DNA of 64,000 bases from a virus (Duplodnaviria; Caudoviricetes): positions 182 through 64,181 of IMG/VR virus record IMGVR_UViG_2791355391_000001. One strand, 5' to 3'. The stretch's first letter is position 1. Each line of letters opens with the position of its first letter. Position numbers and translations under genes: made by a program. The notes beneath the pieces were generated by a model. The model was not told where the DNA came from, did not search any database, and saw nothing but the letters and a program-made list of their open reading frames with translations. This document shows, in pieces, positions 1 to 9,222 of the stretch.

Positions 1-254
1 TGGATGAGCTGCGCGAAGGAACGGAAACGCAGCTTAAAGAGATCGCCAAACAATTTTCCATCCCGGAAGATCGGATGCATTTTCACGTCGCCGAAGGGTC
101 GCCAAAAGATAAGATCCTCGCGCTGGCCAAGTCGCTACCCGCCGACCTGGTGATCATCGCGTCGCACCGGCCAGATATCACCACCTATCTGCTGGGCTCC
201 AACGCCGCCGCGGTGGTCCGCCACGCCGAGTGCTCAGTCCTGGTGGTGCGTTAA
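1..254 (+). CDS. uspF: Universal stress protein F, 3' part (host gene, truncated by window edge)
   Basis: Frame reads ...[58 protein letters not shown], the Usp C-terminal signature; uspF flanks the ttcA/Rac site in enterobacteria. Confidence 0.9.
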   Translation, partial: DELREGTETQLKEIAKQFSIPEDRMHFHVAEGSPKDKILALAKSLPADLVIIASHRPDITTYLLGSNAAAVVRHAECSVLVVR

Positions 255-260
255 CGCCAC

Positions 261-287
261 AGCCCGCCGCCCGGCGGGCTTTTTATT
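261..287 (+). terminator. Intrinsic terminator after uspF
   Basis: GCCCGCCG-CC-CGGCGGGC followed by TTTTT. Confidence 0.8.
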
Positions 288-485
288 TCCGCTTACACCG
301 CCTCCGCCTGCCTGCCCGCAGCGGAAAGTGCCGGAAAGATGCTGACATTCTGCCCCTGAATCCGTACCATACACGCCACGGTTGTCTGTCAGACCTCATT
401 AATTGCTACGCGCCAGCGCCACGTTGTCCAGGCTGGCAGAACGCGTGCTCTTCTGATGCCACACTATGAATTGAGCCACTATTAC

Positions 486-548
486 ATGCTGCAAAATCAA
501 GAAATCAGTAAAAAAGAAAAATACAACATCGATAAGTTTCCCAAATAA
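486..548 (+). pseudogene. ttcA: 5' fragment of ttcA left at the prophage junction (ttcC-like; att site)
   Basis: ATG CTG CAA AAT... = MLQNQEISKKEKYNIDK, resembling the TtcA N-terminus, then breaks into AT-rich phage DNA (FPK*). Confidence 0.8.
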
Positions 549-641
549 TTTCAAGCCCCTGAATTTATTAATTTTATCTTCTAATACAGTCAGTTATTAC
601 CCCATACCAACAACGCCAACCGACGCCAGCCTACGAATTTA

Positions 642-692
642 ATGCCCTTTTTTGCCCCTTTTTCTTATCCGATGCCCCTTCTATGCCCCTCT
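642..692 (+). repeat. Four short direct repeats, probable integrase arm-type binding sites
   Basis: ATGCCCTTTT, TTGCCCCTTT, ATGCCCCTTC, ATGCCCCTCT about 100-150 bp inside the att junction. Confidence 0.55.
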
Positions 693-885
693 TTTGCGAG
701 CAGCTTTCCAGAAAGAAAAAGTGCATGTTTACGACACTATCCTCCCATGGCATCATCTCCTGCATTAATCATGTAATATTCGGTGCGCACCACTCTTTCA
801 TGATAACGGCCTTCCCTAGGAAAGCCCATCAGTTGGCCATCACTCGCAGCGTCTATACTTTTAGTCTTACTGACTGGAGGTTTCT

Positions 886-1563
886 ATGTGTGGACGTTTT
901 GCGCAAGCCCAAACCCGTGAAGAATACCTGGCATACCTGGCGGATGAAGCCGAGCGCGACATTGCATACGATCCTGAGCCGATTGGACGTTACAATGTGG
1001 CGCCAGGGACAAAGGTTTTGCTCCTTAGCGAACGCGACGAACAGCTGCACCTTGATCCGGTCCTCTGGGGTTACGCGCCAGGGTGGTGGGATAAACCACC
1101 ATTGATTAATGCCAGGGTTGAGACCGCAGCCAGCAGCAGAATGTTTAAACCTCTGTGGCAACATGGGAGAGCAATTTGTTTTGCCGATGGCTGGTTTGAA
1201 TGGAAGCGTGAAGGCGACAAGAAGCAGCCCTATTTCATTCATCGTGCTGATGGCCAGCCAATATTCATGGCTGCGATCGGTAGCGTTCCTTTCGAGCGTG
1301 GGGATGATGCAGAGGGATTTTTGATTGTGACCGCTGCGGCCGATCAGGGGCTGGTCGATATTCACGACCGCCGGCCGCTGGTTCTGACGCCGGAAGCAGC
1401 ACGCGAATGGTTGAGGCAGGATGTCGGAGGGAAAAACGCTGAGGAGTTAATTGCAGATGGTACGGTACCAGCAGACCGTTTCACATGGCACCCCGTTTCC
1501 CGCGCGGTGGGTAACGTTAAGAATCAGGGGGCGGAATTGATTGAAGCTATTAAAAACCTATAG
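886..1563 (+). CDS. SOS response-associated peptidase SRAP/HMCES (YedK family), abasic-site protection
   Basis: N-terminal MCGRF, RYNVAP, INARVET, ADGWFEW, IHDRRP motifs; GGAGG RBS. Confidence 0.95.
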   Translation: MCGRFAQAQTREEYLAYLADEAERDIAYDPEPIGRYNVAPGTKVLLLSERDEQLHLDPVLWGYAPGWWDKPPLINARVETAASSRMFKPLWQHGRAICFADGWFEWKREGDKKQPYFIHRADGQPIFMAAIGSVPFERGDDAEGFLIVTAAADQGLVDIHDRRPLVLTPEAAREWLRQDVGGKNAEELIADGTVPADRFTWHPVSRAVGNVKNQGAELIEAIKNL

Positions 1564-1791
1564 CTTGATCCCGACCGCACTAAGCGCCAGAAGCAGATGT
1601 TTATTACTGACGCGCCCCTGATTTTCTGGAGATATTATTGTGAAGAGTGCTCATGTAATTTGGACAAGGATGCAAGCGTCGAGATGCATCCTGTTTCGAA
1701 CTGAAAATTAGGTTATATAAGGAAAGTGCTAGCACTATACCTTTGAATTTCCTTATAATAATGAGCATAAAAAGCTCTAATTGACTTAAGT

Positions 1792-2532
1792 TTAAAGTTT
1801 AGTAAGAAGTTCTTTGGATATCTCCAAATGAATATCAGACAGCGCTTCATTAATAGTATCTATATATAAGTTAAATCTAGGCACACTTCTAAAATTGCTT
1901 CCTAAAACGCCTCCATGAACTGACCAGTTTCTCATCAAGTATACAAGCGTCGGCATATCTAAAGAAGAATAATTCCCTGATATTAAGCACTGATTTATGA
2001 CATTACCAGTCGACATCGTTTGATACTGGATTGGAGTGTACTTACTATATAGCACTTGTAAAATTGGCAATCGTGTTCCGGGAGCATGCCCCGGTACGTA
2101 AGACGTCGTGGTGGTGCTAAGTATATTGTGAAGGTTGGTAAGGCGCGAGCTCATTTTAACAAGATCAATGTTACAGCTGTTATATAAAAGTTTGAATCTT
2201 TTTAATTCTGAAGCTGGCACTGAAGTTGTAAATAAATTCATTATTGAGTTTCTACAGAAAAGTGCATTCATCCCAGACCAAGATAAACCAAATCTTATCA
2301 TCTCTCCTACAGATGGTGTCTTTGATGAGTTACGCATTATTCTACTATTATAATCGATAGGTCTCATTAATGATGCTCTACGAGTCCAGTCAGATGAAAT
2401 TCCAAATGCAATTCTTAATTCTGATTCAATAGGGCTCGGTGTCGTTGGGGTAGGGCTATTATCTGTAACTGTCTTGGCACACAAACTATAATTTTTACCT
2501 GCTATGTTTAAATTCTTTAATGTATCCATCAA
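1792..2532 (-). CDS. AT-rich hypothetical protein with HEPN-like RNxxxH motif
   Basis: 246 aa ORF; LVYLMRNWSVHG near C-terminus. Confidence 0.6.
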   Translation of the reverse strand: MMDTLKNLNIAGKNYSLCAKTVTDNSPTPTTPSPIESELRIAFGISSDWTRRASLMRPIDYNSRIMRNSSKTPSVGEMIRFGLSWSGMNALFCRNSIMNLFTTSVPASELKRFKLLYNSCNIDLVKMSSRLTNLHNILSTTTTSYVPGHAPGTRLPILQVLYSKYTPIQYQTMSTGNVINQCLISGNYSSLDMPTLVYLMRNWSVHGGVLGSNFRSVPRFNLYIDTINEALSDIHLEISKELLTKL

Positions 2533-2584
2533 GTCAAAACCTCTATGTGAATATTTAAATTGTTATATCGAAATCATTTATATG

Positions 2585-2842
2585 TTAATTAAAAACACAC
2601 AATTTTTTCCGGCGACCAGTCCTGATGCTCTTCTTTGCAATGATTTTATACAATGCCGGGCATTCAACTAGCTTGCAAGCTTTTGGTCGCAGAGCACTGC
2701 TCCATGCGTCCTTATTCGTTTTTGAAGCACAGTAATGTCTTGCACCTCCATGCCTTTTGATCTCGCAACTAATTGTCGAGGGAACACTTGTTAATCTGTC
2801 AGCGATGTCCCTGATGGAAGAATAATACTTGCTAAAATTCAA
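2585..2842 (-). pseudogene. IS30-family transposase N-terminal remnant
   Basis: SIRDIADRL..PSTISCEIKRHGG...Y.A....AW..ALRPK.CKL matches the IS30 HTH region; no DDE domain follows. Confidence 0.7.
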
Positions 2843-3025
2843 GATGTTAGTTCAGCATAAAATCATGCAAGTCCACCGTTTTCTCAGATCAAACACTAGA
2901 TGAATCACCACCGCTTAATGTAGTTTTTTTGTTGACTGATTAGTGCGAACTTTCGCTCCTCGCTCATAGCGGACTCCACTAGCCACTGAACCAGCAATAA
3001 CACATGTCAAAATTAATGGATTGAA

Positions 3026-4291
3026 TCACCTAACTTTAAGCAAGTCGCTGTATCTCGTTGTGTACCGAGGCGAAAGCATTTCCCGCTTCATCTGCCAGGC
3101 AGTCTGGATCCCCTGCCCTGCAAAATACAGCGTCCCCCTGCCATCCTTTGCGTTGAGATGGTCGAGAACTTCCATCAGTTTCTCGCTATTCTTCCGTGGT
3201 GCGTTGTCGTCGAAGAGGTTGAGCTGCGCTACGCCCTGGCTGTAGAAATCCCCAAGCATAACGCCTGCTTTCTGATAGCGATGCCCCTCTCGCCAGATTA
3301 CATCGAGGCATTTTGTCGCCGCGGTAATTATGTCCCGGCTATCCTGGGTCGGTATAAGCAGCTTTACTGATGCACTGTTCCCGTAATACGGCTCGTTCAG
3401 CGCAAAGGGGCTGGTTTTGACGAATGCAGAGATAAAGCGGCAATACTGATGCTCGCCGCGGAGTTTTTCCGCTGCCCGCGATGCGTATGAACATATTGCC
3501 TGACGCATTTCATGGTATTCAGTGATACGTCCACCAAACGAGCGGCTGCAGACGATTTCCTGCTTTACCGGCGCGAACTCCTCCAGACCGAGACATGGCT
3601 CCCCGCGCAACTCCCGCACCGTTCGCTCCAGAACAACATTAAAATGCTTCCGGATAAAACGGATATCGGTATCCGCCAGCTGAAGCACCGTTTTGATGCC
3701 CATGGCCTCCAGTTTTTTACTTATGCGGCGGCCAACTCCCCAGACCTCATCCACCGGAAGCAAAGCCATCAACTTCCTCTGCCTTTCCAGATTAGACAGA
3801 TCTACTACTCCTCCGGTCTGCTGCTGCCACTGTTTCGCAGCGTGATTAGCCAGCTTCGCCAGGGTTTTAGTCTGGGCTATGCCGACGCCAACCGTAAGGT
3901 GCGTCCTGCGCAGAACCGTCTCGCGAATTTCCCTGCCAAAATCGGTAAGATCGCGACAGTTACGCACACCAGTAAGATCGCAAAATGCCTCATCAATACT
4001 GTAAATTTCACAGCGTGGAGAGAGTTCCTCCAGCGTTGTCATCACTCGGTTGGACATATCGGCATAAAGCTCATAGTTGCTGCTAAACGCGATAATACCG
4101 TGCCGGCGAAACATGTCCTTTTGTTTGAAATAAGGTTCACCCATTTTGACGAAGGGCTTCGCCTCTGGCGAGCGGGCGATCACACAGCCGTCGTTGTTTG
4201 ACAGAACGACCACCGGACGCCCTTTCAGGTCAGGACGGAAAACAGTTTCGCAGGATGCGTAAAATGAGTTCACATCGCAAAGTGCAAACAT
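3026..4291 (-). CDS. umuC: Y-family DNA polymerase V catalytic subunit UmuC homolog
   Basis: MFALCDVNSFYASCE, VVLSNNDGCVIARS, YSIDEAF, SPRYTTR motifs. Confidence 0.97.
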   Translation of the reverse strand: MFALCDVNSFYASCETVFRPDLKGRPVVVLSNNDGCVIARSPEAKPFVKMGEPYFKQKDMFRRHGIIAFSSNYELYADMSNRVMTTLEELSPRCEIYSIDEAFCDLTGVRNCRDLTDFGREIRETVLRRTHLTVGVGIAQTKTLAKLANHAAKQWQQQTGGVVDLSNLERQRKLMALLPVDEVWGVGRRISKKLEAMGIKTVLQLADTDIRFIRKHFNVVLERTVRELRGEPCLGLEEFAPVKQEIVCSRSFGGRITEYHEMRQAICSYASRAAEKLRGEHQYCRFISAFVKTSPFALNEPYYGNSASVKLLIPTQDSRDIITAATKCLDVIWREGHRYQKAGVMLGDFYSQGVAQLNLFDDNAPRKNSEKLMEVLDHLNAKDGRGTLYFAGQGIQTAWQMKREMLSPRYTTRYSDLLKVR

Positions 4292-4292
4292 C

Positions 4293-4712
4293 TCAGCCAG
4301 CCGATTTGATGATGTAAGTTACGACCCCGAACACATCGAGAGTATCCTCGCTACCCACGACTATCGGCGAATATGCAGGGTTCATTGGGTTAAGCTGAAC
4401 CCGCGGATGCAGCTGCAGCTTCTTAACGGTGAATTCCCCATCCACAGCAGCAATAACGATATCACCATGAACTGCGGTCCTTGAGCTATCCACTACCAGA
4501 AGATCACCCTCCCCTATGCCGGCATCTTTCATGCTGTCGCCCGCGGCTTTGACAAAATACGTCGCACTGGGGTGGTTAACGAGCAACTCGTTCAGATCGA
4601 TACGTTGCTCAACGTAATCCTGCGCAGGGCTAGGAAAGCCGCACTGCACAAGGTCACTGTACAACGGGAGCAGCATGATCTGGCGTAACTCAACGGGCGT
4701 GTAGAACTGCAT
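4293..4712 (-). CDS. umuD: DNA polymerase V subunit UmuD homolog (S24 autopeptidase)
   Basis: [10 protein letters not shown] cleavage site, GDSM serine, FTVKKL lysine; start moved to ATG 4712 downstream of the LexA box. Confidence 0.95.
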   Translation of the reverse strand: MQFYTPVELRQIMLLPLYSDLVQCGFPSPAQDYVEQRIDLNELLVNHPSATYFVKAAGDSMKDAGIGEGDLLVVDSSRTAVHGDIVIAAVDGEFTVKKLQLHPRVQLNPMNPAYSPIVVGSEDTLDVFGVVTYIIKSAG

Positions 4713-4732
4713 AATAGACTCGCTCACATTTA

Positions 4733-4752
4733 TACTGTTTTTATATACAGTA
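4733..4752. promoter_or_regulatory. LexA (SOS) box upstream of umuDC
   Basis: TACTGTTTTTATATACAGTA = CTG-N10-CAG. Confidence 0.9.
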
Positions 4753-4985
4753 GTTTTAACAAGGCGACAGATCAATATAGGTTCTGGCTATCAATTTACG
4801 CCATTGACGTAACACATTGATGTAATGAGTAAGGTAAGTCTTAAAGTATTTTCAGGCCTTAGCTGTTTGATGGTTTTACAAACAGGGTGCGGTTAAAATT
4901 TTTCAGCTATGGCAATGCCTTCATAGCAAATTGTTCACCTGCGATCTCTTGCATACGGTTCGCAGGTGAGCAAACTTAACCGGCT

Positions 4986-5030
4986 GGAAAATATTTATAA
5001 ATCGTCTTCACCCCCTCCTATCACATCGGC
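4986..5030 (-). repeat. Degenerate copy 1 of the invertase 3' (HTH-coding) segment
   Basis: GGAAAATATTTATAAATCGTCTTCACCCCCTCCTATCACATCGGC similar to 5775-5822. Confidence 0.8.
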
Positions 5031-5193
5031 CGCCGATCCAATGTTTTAACTGCTCAGACCAGAAATATCTGGAAGCTTTAGGCATCTTCTTGGAAGATAG
5101 ATGAGCGCAAAGACGCACACAGCAATGATGTTATGTAGTATTTTCCCCTTGAGTGTGCCTGCTCAAGGGGATTTTTTATCGCCGTATTGTACT

Positions 5194-5240
5194 GGCAAAT
5201 ATTTGTAAATCGTCTTCACTCCCACGCCTGTCACATCGGC
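5194..5240 (-). repeat. Degenerate copy 2 of the invertase 3' (HTH-coding) segment
   Basis: Minus strand reads ADVTGVGVKTIYKYLP versus invertase ADVTGVGVKTIYKYFP. Confidence 0.85.
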
Positions 5241-5261
5241 CACACGCTACTGGACAGGCGC

Positions 5262-5684
5262 TTAGTCCGGTATGTTTCTCGCGCTACTACTGCTTACGTT
5301 AACATCTGGTAATGATCTAGCGGCGCGACGTAAAGCGGCGTTGAAAGCAATTATAGTGACCGGCCGGCGATGGTACTTCACACGGTTAGAATGACTCTGA
5401 AATAAATAAACATCTTCTGGATAGCGTTCTCTTCTACGAGCAATCATCGCCTCCACTGGAGGGGTTGATTCAACACGTAGCTCCTTCAGGTGACCCTGTT
5501 TTCGTATCAGTATCAAGCCACCATCAATATCATCATATCGAATACTCAGCAGCCTTCCAGCGCTTAAACCCGTGTGAAAAATTAACGCCCACAAGTCAGC
5601 CCATGTATCTGAGATGGAAACAAGATTGCTGTTAATAGTTAAAAATTGTTCAAAACTTATTGTTTTCTTACCGTTCACGAACAA
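5262..5684 (-). CDS. Small tyrosine-recombinase-fold protein lacking catalytic residues
   Basis: WALIFHTGLSAGRLLSIRYDDID resembles integrase box I (TGxR replaced by TGLS), YLFQS patch; no HxxR or Tyr box. Confidence 0.6.
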   Translation of the reverse strand: MFVNGKKTISFEQFLTINSNLVSISDTWADLWALIFHTGLSAGRLLSIRYDDIDGGLILIRKQGHLKELRVESTPPVEAMIARRRERYPEDVYLFQSHSNRVKYHRRPVTIIAFNAALRRAARSLPDVNVSSSSARNIPD

Positions 5685-5734
5685 ACCAAACTGTTTTCAA
5701 AACTGAAATAACTTATTATCTCAAATGTTACATA

Positions 5735-6313
5735 TCACGGGAAGGGCAGGAATCCTTGATCGCGGACAGCAGCAGGAAAGTATTTGTAGATCGTCTTCAC
5801 TCCCACCCCTGTCACATCTGCGATCTGGTGCCGGGTTGCGCCGTTCTCCAGCATTCTGCGGCATCTCTCCACCACTTCTTCAGTCATTACCCGGCGGCGG
5901 CCGCCGACTCGCCCCTGCTCCCTCGCAGCAGCTAAACCGGCGCGGGTACGCTCGACGATCAGCTCGCGCTCCATTTCCGCCAGGGCGCTCATGACGTGGA
6001 AGAAAAAGCGGCCTGCTGGCGTACTGGTATCGATGCTGTCGGTCAGGCTGCGGAAGTTCACCCCGCGCGCCTGCAGCTCCGACACGAGCGTAATCAGATC
6101 GCGCACGCTGCGGCCCAGCCGGTCCAGTTTCCAGACCACCAGCACATCGCCGGGCTTAAGCCTGCGTAAGGCGCGCCTCAATCCCGGCCGTCTGGCATTT
6201 TTCCCGCTCGCGGTGTCTTCAAATATCTGTTCACATTCTGCGCGAAACAGCGCTGTTTTCTGCAAATCGAGCTTTTGATCCCCGGTTGATACCCTCGCAT
6301 AGCCAATCAGCAC
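5735..6313 (-). CDS. Serine DNA invertase (Pin/Gin/Hin family)
   Basis: LIGYARVST catalytic motif, LVVWKLDRLGRS, ERELIVERT, C-terminal HTH. Confidence 0.95.
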   Translation of the reverse strand: MLIGYARVSTGDQKLDLQKTALFRAECEQIFEDTASGKNARRPGLRRALRRLKPGDVLVVWKLDRLGRSVRDLITLVSELQARGVNFRSLTDSIDTSTPAGRFFFHVMSALAEMERELIVERTRAGLAAAREQGRVGGRRRVMTEEVVERCRRMLENGATRHQIADVTGVGVKTIYKYFPAAVRDQGFLPFP

Positions 6314-6356
6314 GATCTAACTCCTTGAAATAGCTGATTGTAAAAAGCCGCGGCCA

Positions 6357-6382
6357 TTCGCTCAAACCCTCGTTTGGGCGAA
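6357..6382 (+). other. Left invertase crossover site (26 bp, hix/gix-like)
   Basis: TTCGCTCAAACC-CT-CGTTTGGGCGAA, 12-2-12 imperfect palindrome with the TT...AAACC..GTTT...AA pattern of hix/gix. Confidence 0.85.
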
Positions 6383-6404
6383 CGCCTTTTTTGGAGCAAA
6401 AAAC

Positions 6405-8348
6405 ATGGCCTTTAACCCGGAGCTGGGGAGCACGTCTCCCGCTGTGTTGCTCGATAACGCCGAGCGCCTGGATAAGCTGGTCAATGGGCCCGCCGCAGAT
6501 GTTCCCGACCGTGGCGGTGATCCTCTTTATTCATGGCGCCAGATGATGGCGAAAAACGATGAGGTCAGACAGAACCTTATCCCGCTCAGTAAGCAATACC
6601 AGACGCTGGCAGCGGCGCAGGCGGATATCGCGGAAATTCCGGTGGGGTCGACCACGTATTACCGCAGCCCGGACGACAGCGCCCTCGCGATCGAGGTCAT
6701 GAACGTTGGCGGGACGCTGACCGCAACCGGACGAAAAATGCCATCACAGGAATATGTCGAATCTGTCGATGAATATGTGACAACCAGACTATTTAGCGAT
6801 GTGCTTCCCGGCATTCCCTTCCTTCTACAGGATGAGGAAAGCGGTGTCATTATGTTCGGCGAGGATAGTGGAGCAACTCACGTTCCAGGGTTATCACTGA
6901 AATACGGTTCCGATCTGGCTTATTCCGTCACACAAATACCCGGCGTAGCGCATGTTGAACTGGATGAAAATGGAAACGTTTTGCGTTGGGTTGACGATTC
7001 CGGTGAGACTCATGACGCCTCACCGGGTAGTGGTGCAGAACCTACGCCCGTTGCGGTATCTTCACCGGTTATTTCTCCCCAGGTCTATGACAATGCCCTG
7101 GTGAGTGAGATTGGCTATAACCAGTGGATCAATAACGTCGCTGTGAAGTTCGGGCGGGATTATTTTTTCAGTGGCGTTCGGCTGGGGACGACCGGGCCTG
7201 AGCGAATCCTGGGAAACCTGGCTATCTGCCGCCGACAGGGTGAGCGTGGAAAATTTGGGTGCTATGAATTTGGCCCTCGCGCTGCTGTTCTGGGCGATAC
7301 GGCATCAACGGACGACCATGATGCACCGTCGATTTTGCTCGATACGCGCGCCGGTGCTGAAGTTCCCATACAGATTTTTCAGTCTGATCACTCCGGGGCG
7401 AATGTCTGGCTTCGGAAGTGGTCATCGCAGACGTTAGATCCTGCGAATATTTCCGGGCCAGAGGTTGTATCTGACACGTCAAATATGACCTATGCCCAGT
7501 CCTACAGAAACCCATTTAATCAGAATGAGATTCTGGTATTTGCCCGTCGGGGATCTACGAATTCGGCGCGCTGGGTCGCACATCACTCAACAGACAACGG
7601 CAGGACTTGGCAATCCAATGCATTTATCGGCGGTTCCGATTTGTATATGACCACTTGCCAGAGTGTGGACGGGAACGCCATTCATCTCGCGATCCAACAG
7701 CATCCACGTTCGACCGACACGCGCGTGTTATATATGAAAATAAAATGGAGTGATAAATCCCTCATCAATTATAGTGGAATCACAGCGCTGCCTGATATTA
7801 TGATTTATGGATATATTGACCCCTTCTTAAATGGCATCCCTGATGTAGTCTTTGAAGCCTCTTTACCAACCAACACAAAACGGTTGTTTGAAGTCAAGGA
7901 TGATGGGGTGTCGATATTATTTCTTATCGCTGAATTCAATGCATCCAACTATTCTTATCGACGAATGAAAATGTCACAATTTTCGGGAGGGACACCTGTA
8001 ATACATGATATAGGCGACTGCGGTTCTCCAATGAATAATGATGATGCGACGTTTTATGTGCCAGGCGGAACTATCATTTCTGCAACTGATGTTCTCGTTT
8101 GTAACTGGGTGAAAATTCCCGCCCTTGGTCAGTTAACCCGATATATCTATGACGGTTCTGCCTGGAATGGGACCCTGCTGGACGAGGTTAAAGATGGCCG
8201 GAAAATCTGTAGACCTCTGGTTTTCCGAGAATACTATCAGGACAATGGCATCCTGAAATACCATGACACAAATACTGCCGTTTACTTGCGTGGGACATAT
8301 AACGCCTATCGTGATTTCGATTTAGACGCTGTATTAATAAATATCTGA
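6405..8348 (+). CDS. Alternative tail spike/receptor-binding protein A; shared anchor plus BNR/Asp-box beta-propeller-like domain
   Basis: First ~113 aa nearly identical to 10149-13103 product; DDHDAPS motif and Asp-box STDNGRTW. Confidence 0.8.
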   Translation: MAFNPELGSTSPAVLLDNAERLDKLVNGPAADVPDRGGDPLYSWRQMMAKNDEVRQNLIPLSKQYQTLAAAQADIAEIPVGSTTYYRSPDDSALAIEVMNVGGTLTATGRKMPSQEYVESVDEYVTTRLFSDVLPGIPFLLQDEESGVIMFGEDSGATHVPGLSLKYGSDLAYSVTQIPGVAHVELDENGNVLRWVDDSGETHDASPGSGAEPTPVAVSSPVISPQVYDNALVSEIGYNQWINNVAVKFGRDYFFSGVRLGTTGPERILGNLAICRRQGERGKFGCYEFGPRAAVLGDTASTDDHDAPSILLDTRAGAEVPIQIFQSDHSGANVWLRKWSSQTLDPANISGPEVVSDTSNMTYAQSYRNPFNQNEILVFARRGSTNSARWVAHHSTDNGRTWQSNAFIGGSDLYMTTCQSVDGNAIHLAIQQHPRSTDTRVLYMKIKWSDKSLINYSGITALPDIMIYGYIDPFLNGIPDVVFEASLPTNTKRLFEVKDDGVSILFLIAEFNASNYSYRRMKMSQFSGGTPVIHDIGDCGSPMNNDDATFYVPGGTIISATDVLVCNWVKIPALGQLTRYIYDGSAWNGTLLDEVKDGRKICRPLVFREYYQDNGILKYHDTNTAVYLRGTYNAYRDFDLDAVLINI

Positions 8349-8355
8349 GGTTCAC

Positions 8356-9189
8356 ATGACATCAATTATTAAAATGCGCGGTGCTGTGTTGGCAAATCCT
8401 GCGCTTACACTGAATGATATTCCGTTCTCACGCCAGAAGTGTATTAACTGGCTGGGAGCTGACAGCGTGACAATTTCAGAGTATGGGGTTGAGTCAATTA
8501 ATGATTACCAGAATGGTCAGGTTTATCCATCCATTGATACAGCAGCCCGAACACGTGTTTGTAAGCAGGATACAGAAAACGGAATTAATGTGCTGACGTT
8601 CAGCCCGGAAAACTTTGCGGTAAACACCATTAATGCCTACCGGATTCTTAACCCTCAACAGTTTAATGCAAAAGACGCACTGTCTTTCGCAATGCTTATC
8701 AAAGCCGAAGCAAGTGATTACACGTCAGGATACAGGGCTATTTTTCATATCGGTATGAATAATAATGCAGGCTCTAACGTACCAATGATCCGCCTGCAAT
8801 TCACCAGTGATAATGCATTCGGAATTGTGGCGCGGCACTCCTCGCCTGAAGAGACGGCAGAACAGATAGGTATCAATGGGCTTAATACAGGATACAATGT
8901 ATTATTCGTTGAACTCGATTATGTTAACAGGCGTATCAGGACCAAACTTAATGACGCGCCGGTAGTAACACGAACAGCATTCCCGGGATCCAGCGGGCAG
9001 AATGTTGTATCTGCGTCAGCTGTGGTTGGTTTGGCTGGATACCTTTCGGCATCAGGACAGGCGGGAAGAACAACGATGTTCTCGGGCAAGATGAGGGAAA
9101 TGAGTATTTTTTCTGGTCCTCTGTCAGATGCGGAAATTACATCTGTTACTGACTGGTTACAGAGTAAAAAGGTTTTACTGAATAATTAA
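8356..9189 (+). CDS. RBP-A partner, probable ConA/LamG-like beta-sandwich
   Basis: GAGG RBS, 7 bp after RBP-A; C-terminal FSGKMREMSIFSGPLSDAEI typical of LamG-like domains. Confidence 0.6.
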   Translation: MTSIIKMRGAVLANPALTLNDIPFSRQKCINWLGADSVTISEYGVESINDYQNGQVYPSIDTAARTRVCKQDTENGINVLTFSPENFAVNTINAYRILNPQQFNAKDALSFAMLIKAEASDYTSGYRAIFHIGMNNNAGSNVPMIRLQFTSDNAFGIVARHSSPEETAEQIGINGLNTGYNVLFVELDYVNRRIRTKLNDAPVVTRTAFPGSSGQNVVSASAVVGLAGYLSASGQAGRTTMFSGKMREMSIFSGPLSDAEITSVTDWLQSKKVLLNN

Positions 9190-9196
9190 AAATACT

Positions 9197-9214
9197 CCCC
9201 GGTTTCAACCGGGG
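9197..9214. terminator. Hairpin between the convergent RBP modules, probable bidirectional terminator
   Basis: CCCCGGTT-TC-AACCGGGG between stops at 9189 and 9223. Confidence 0.6.
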
Positions 9215-9222
9215 ATGTATTG

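Noticed and set aside
230-1365. ORFs 230-469, 683-1105 and 853-1365
   Set aside because: Shadow frames over uspF, its terminator, att repeats and the SRAP gene; the same applies to most short antisense ORFs over structural genes
2585-2842. Active IS30 element
   Set aside because: Only a degenerate N-terminal fragment; no DDE domain or paired ends
4713-4775. N-terminal extension of UmuD in the ORF track
   Set aside because: Overlaps the LexA box; ATG 4712 gives the normal 139-aa length
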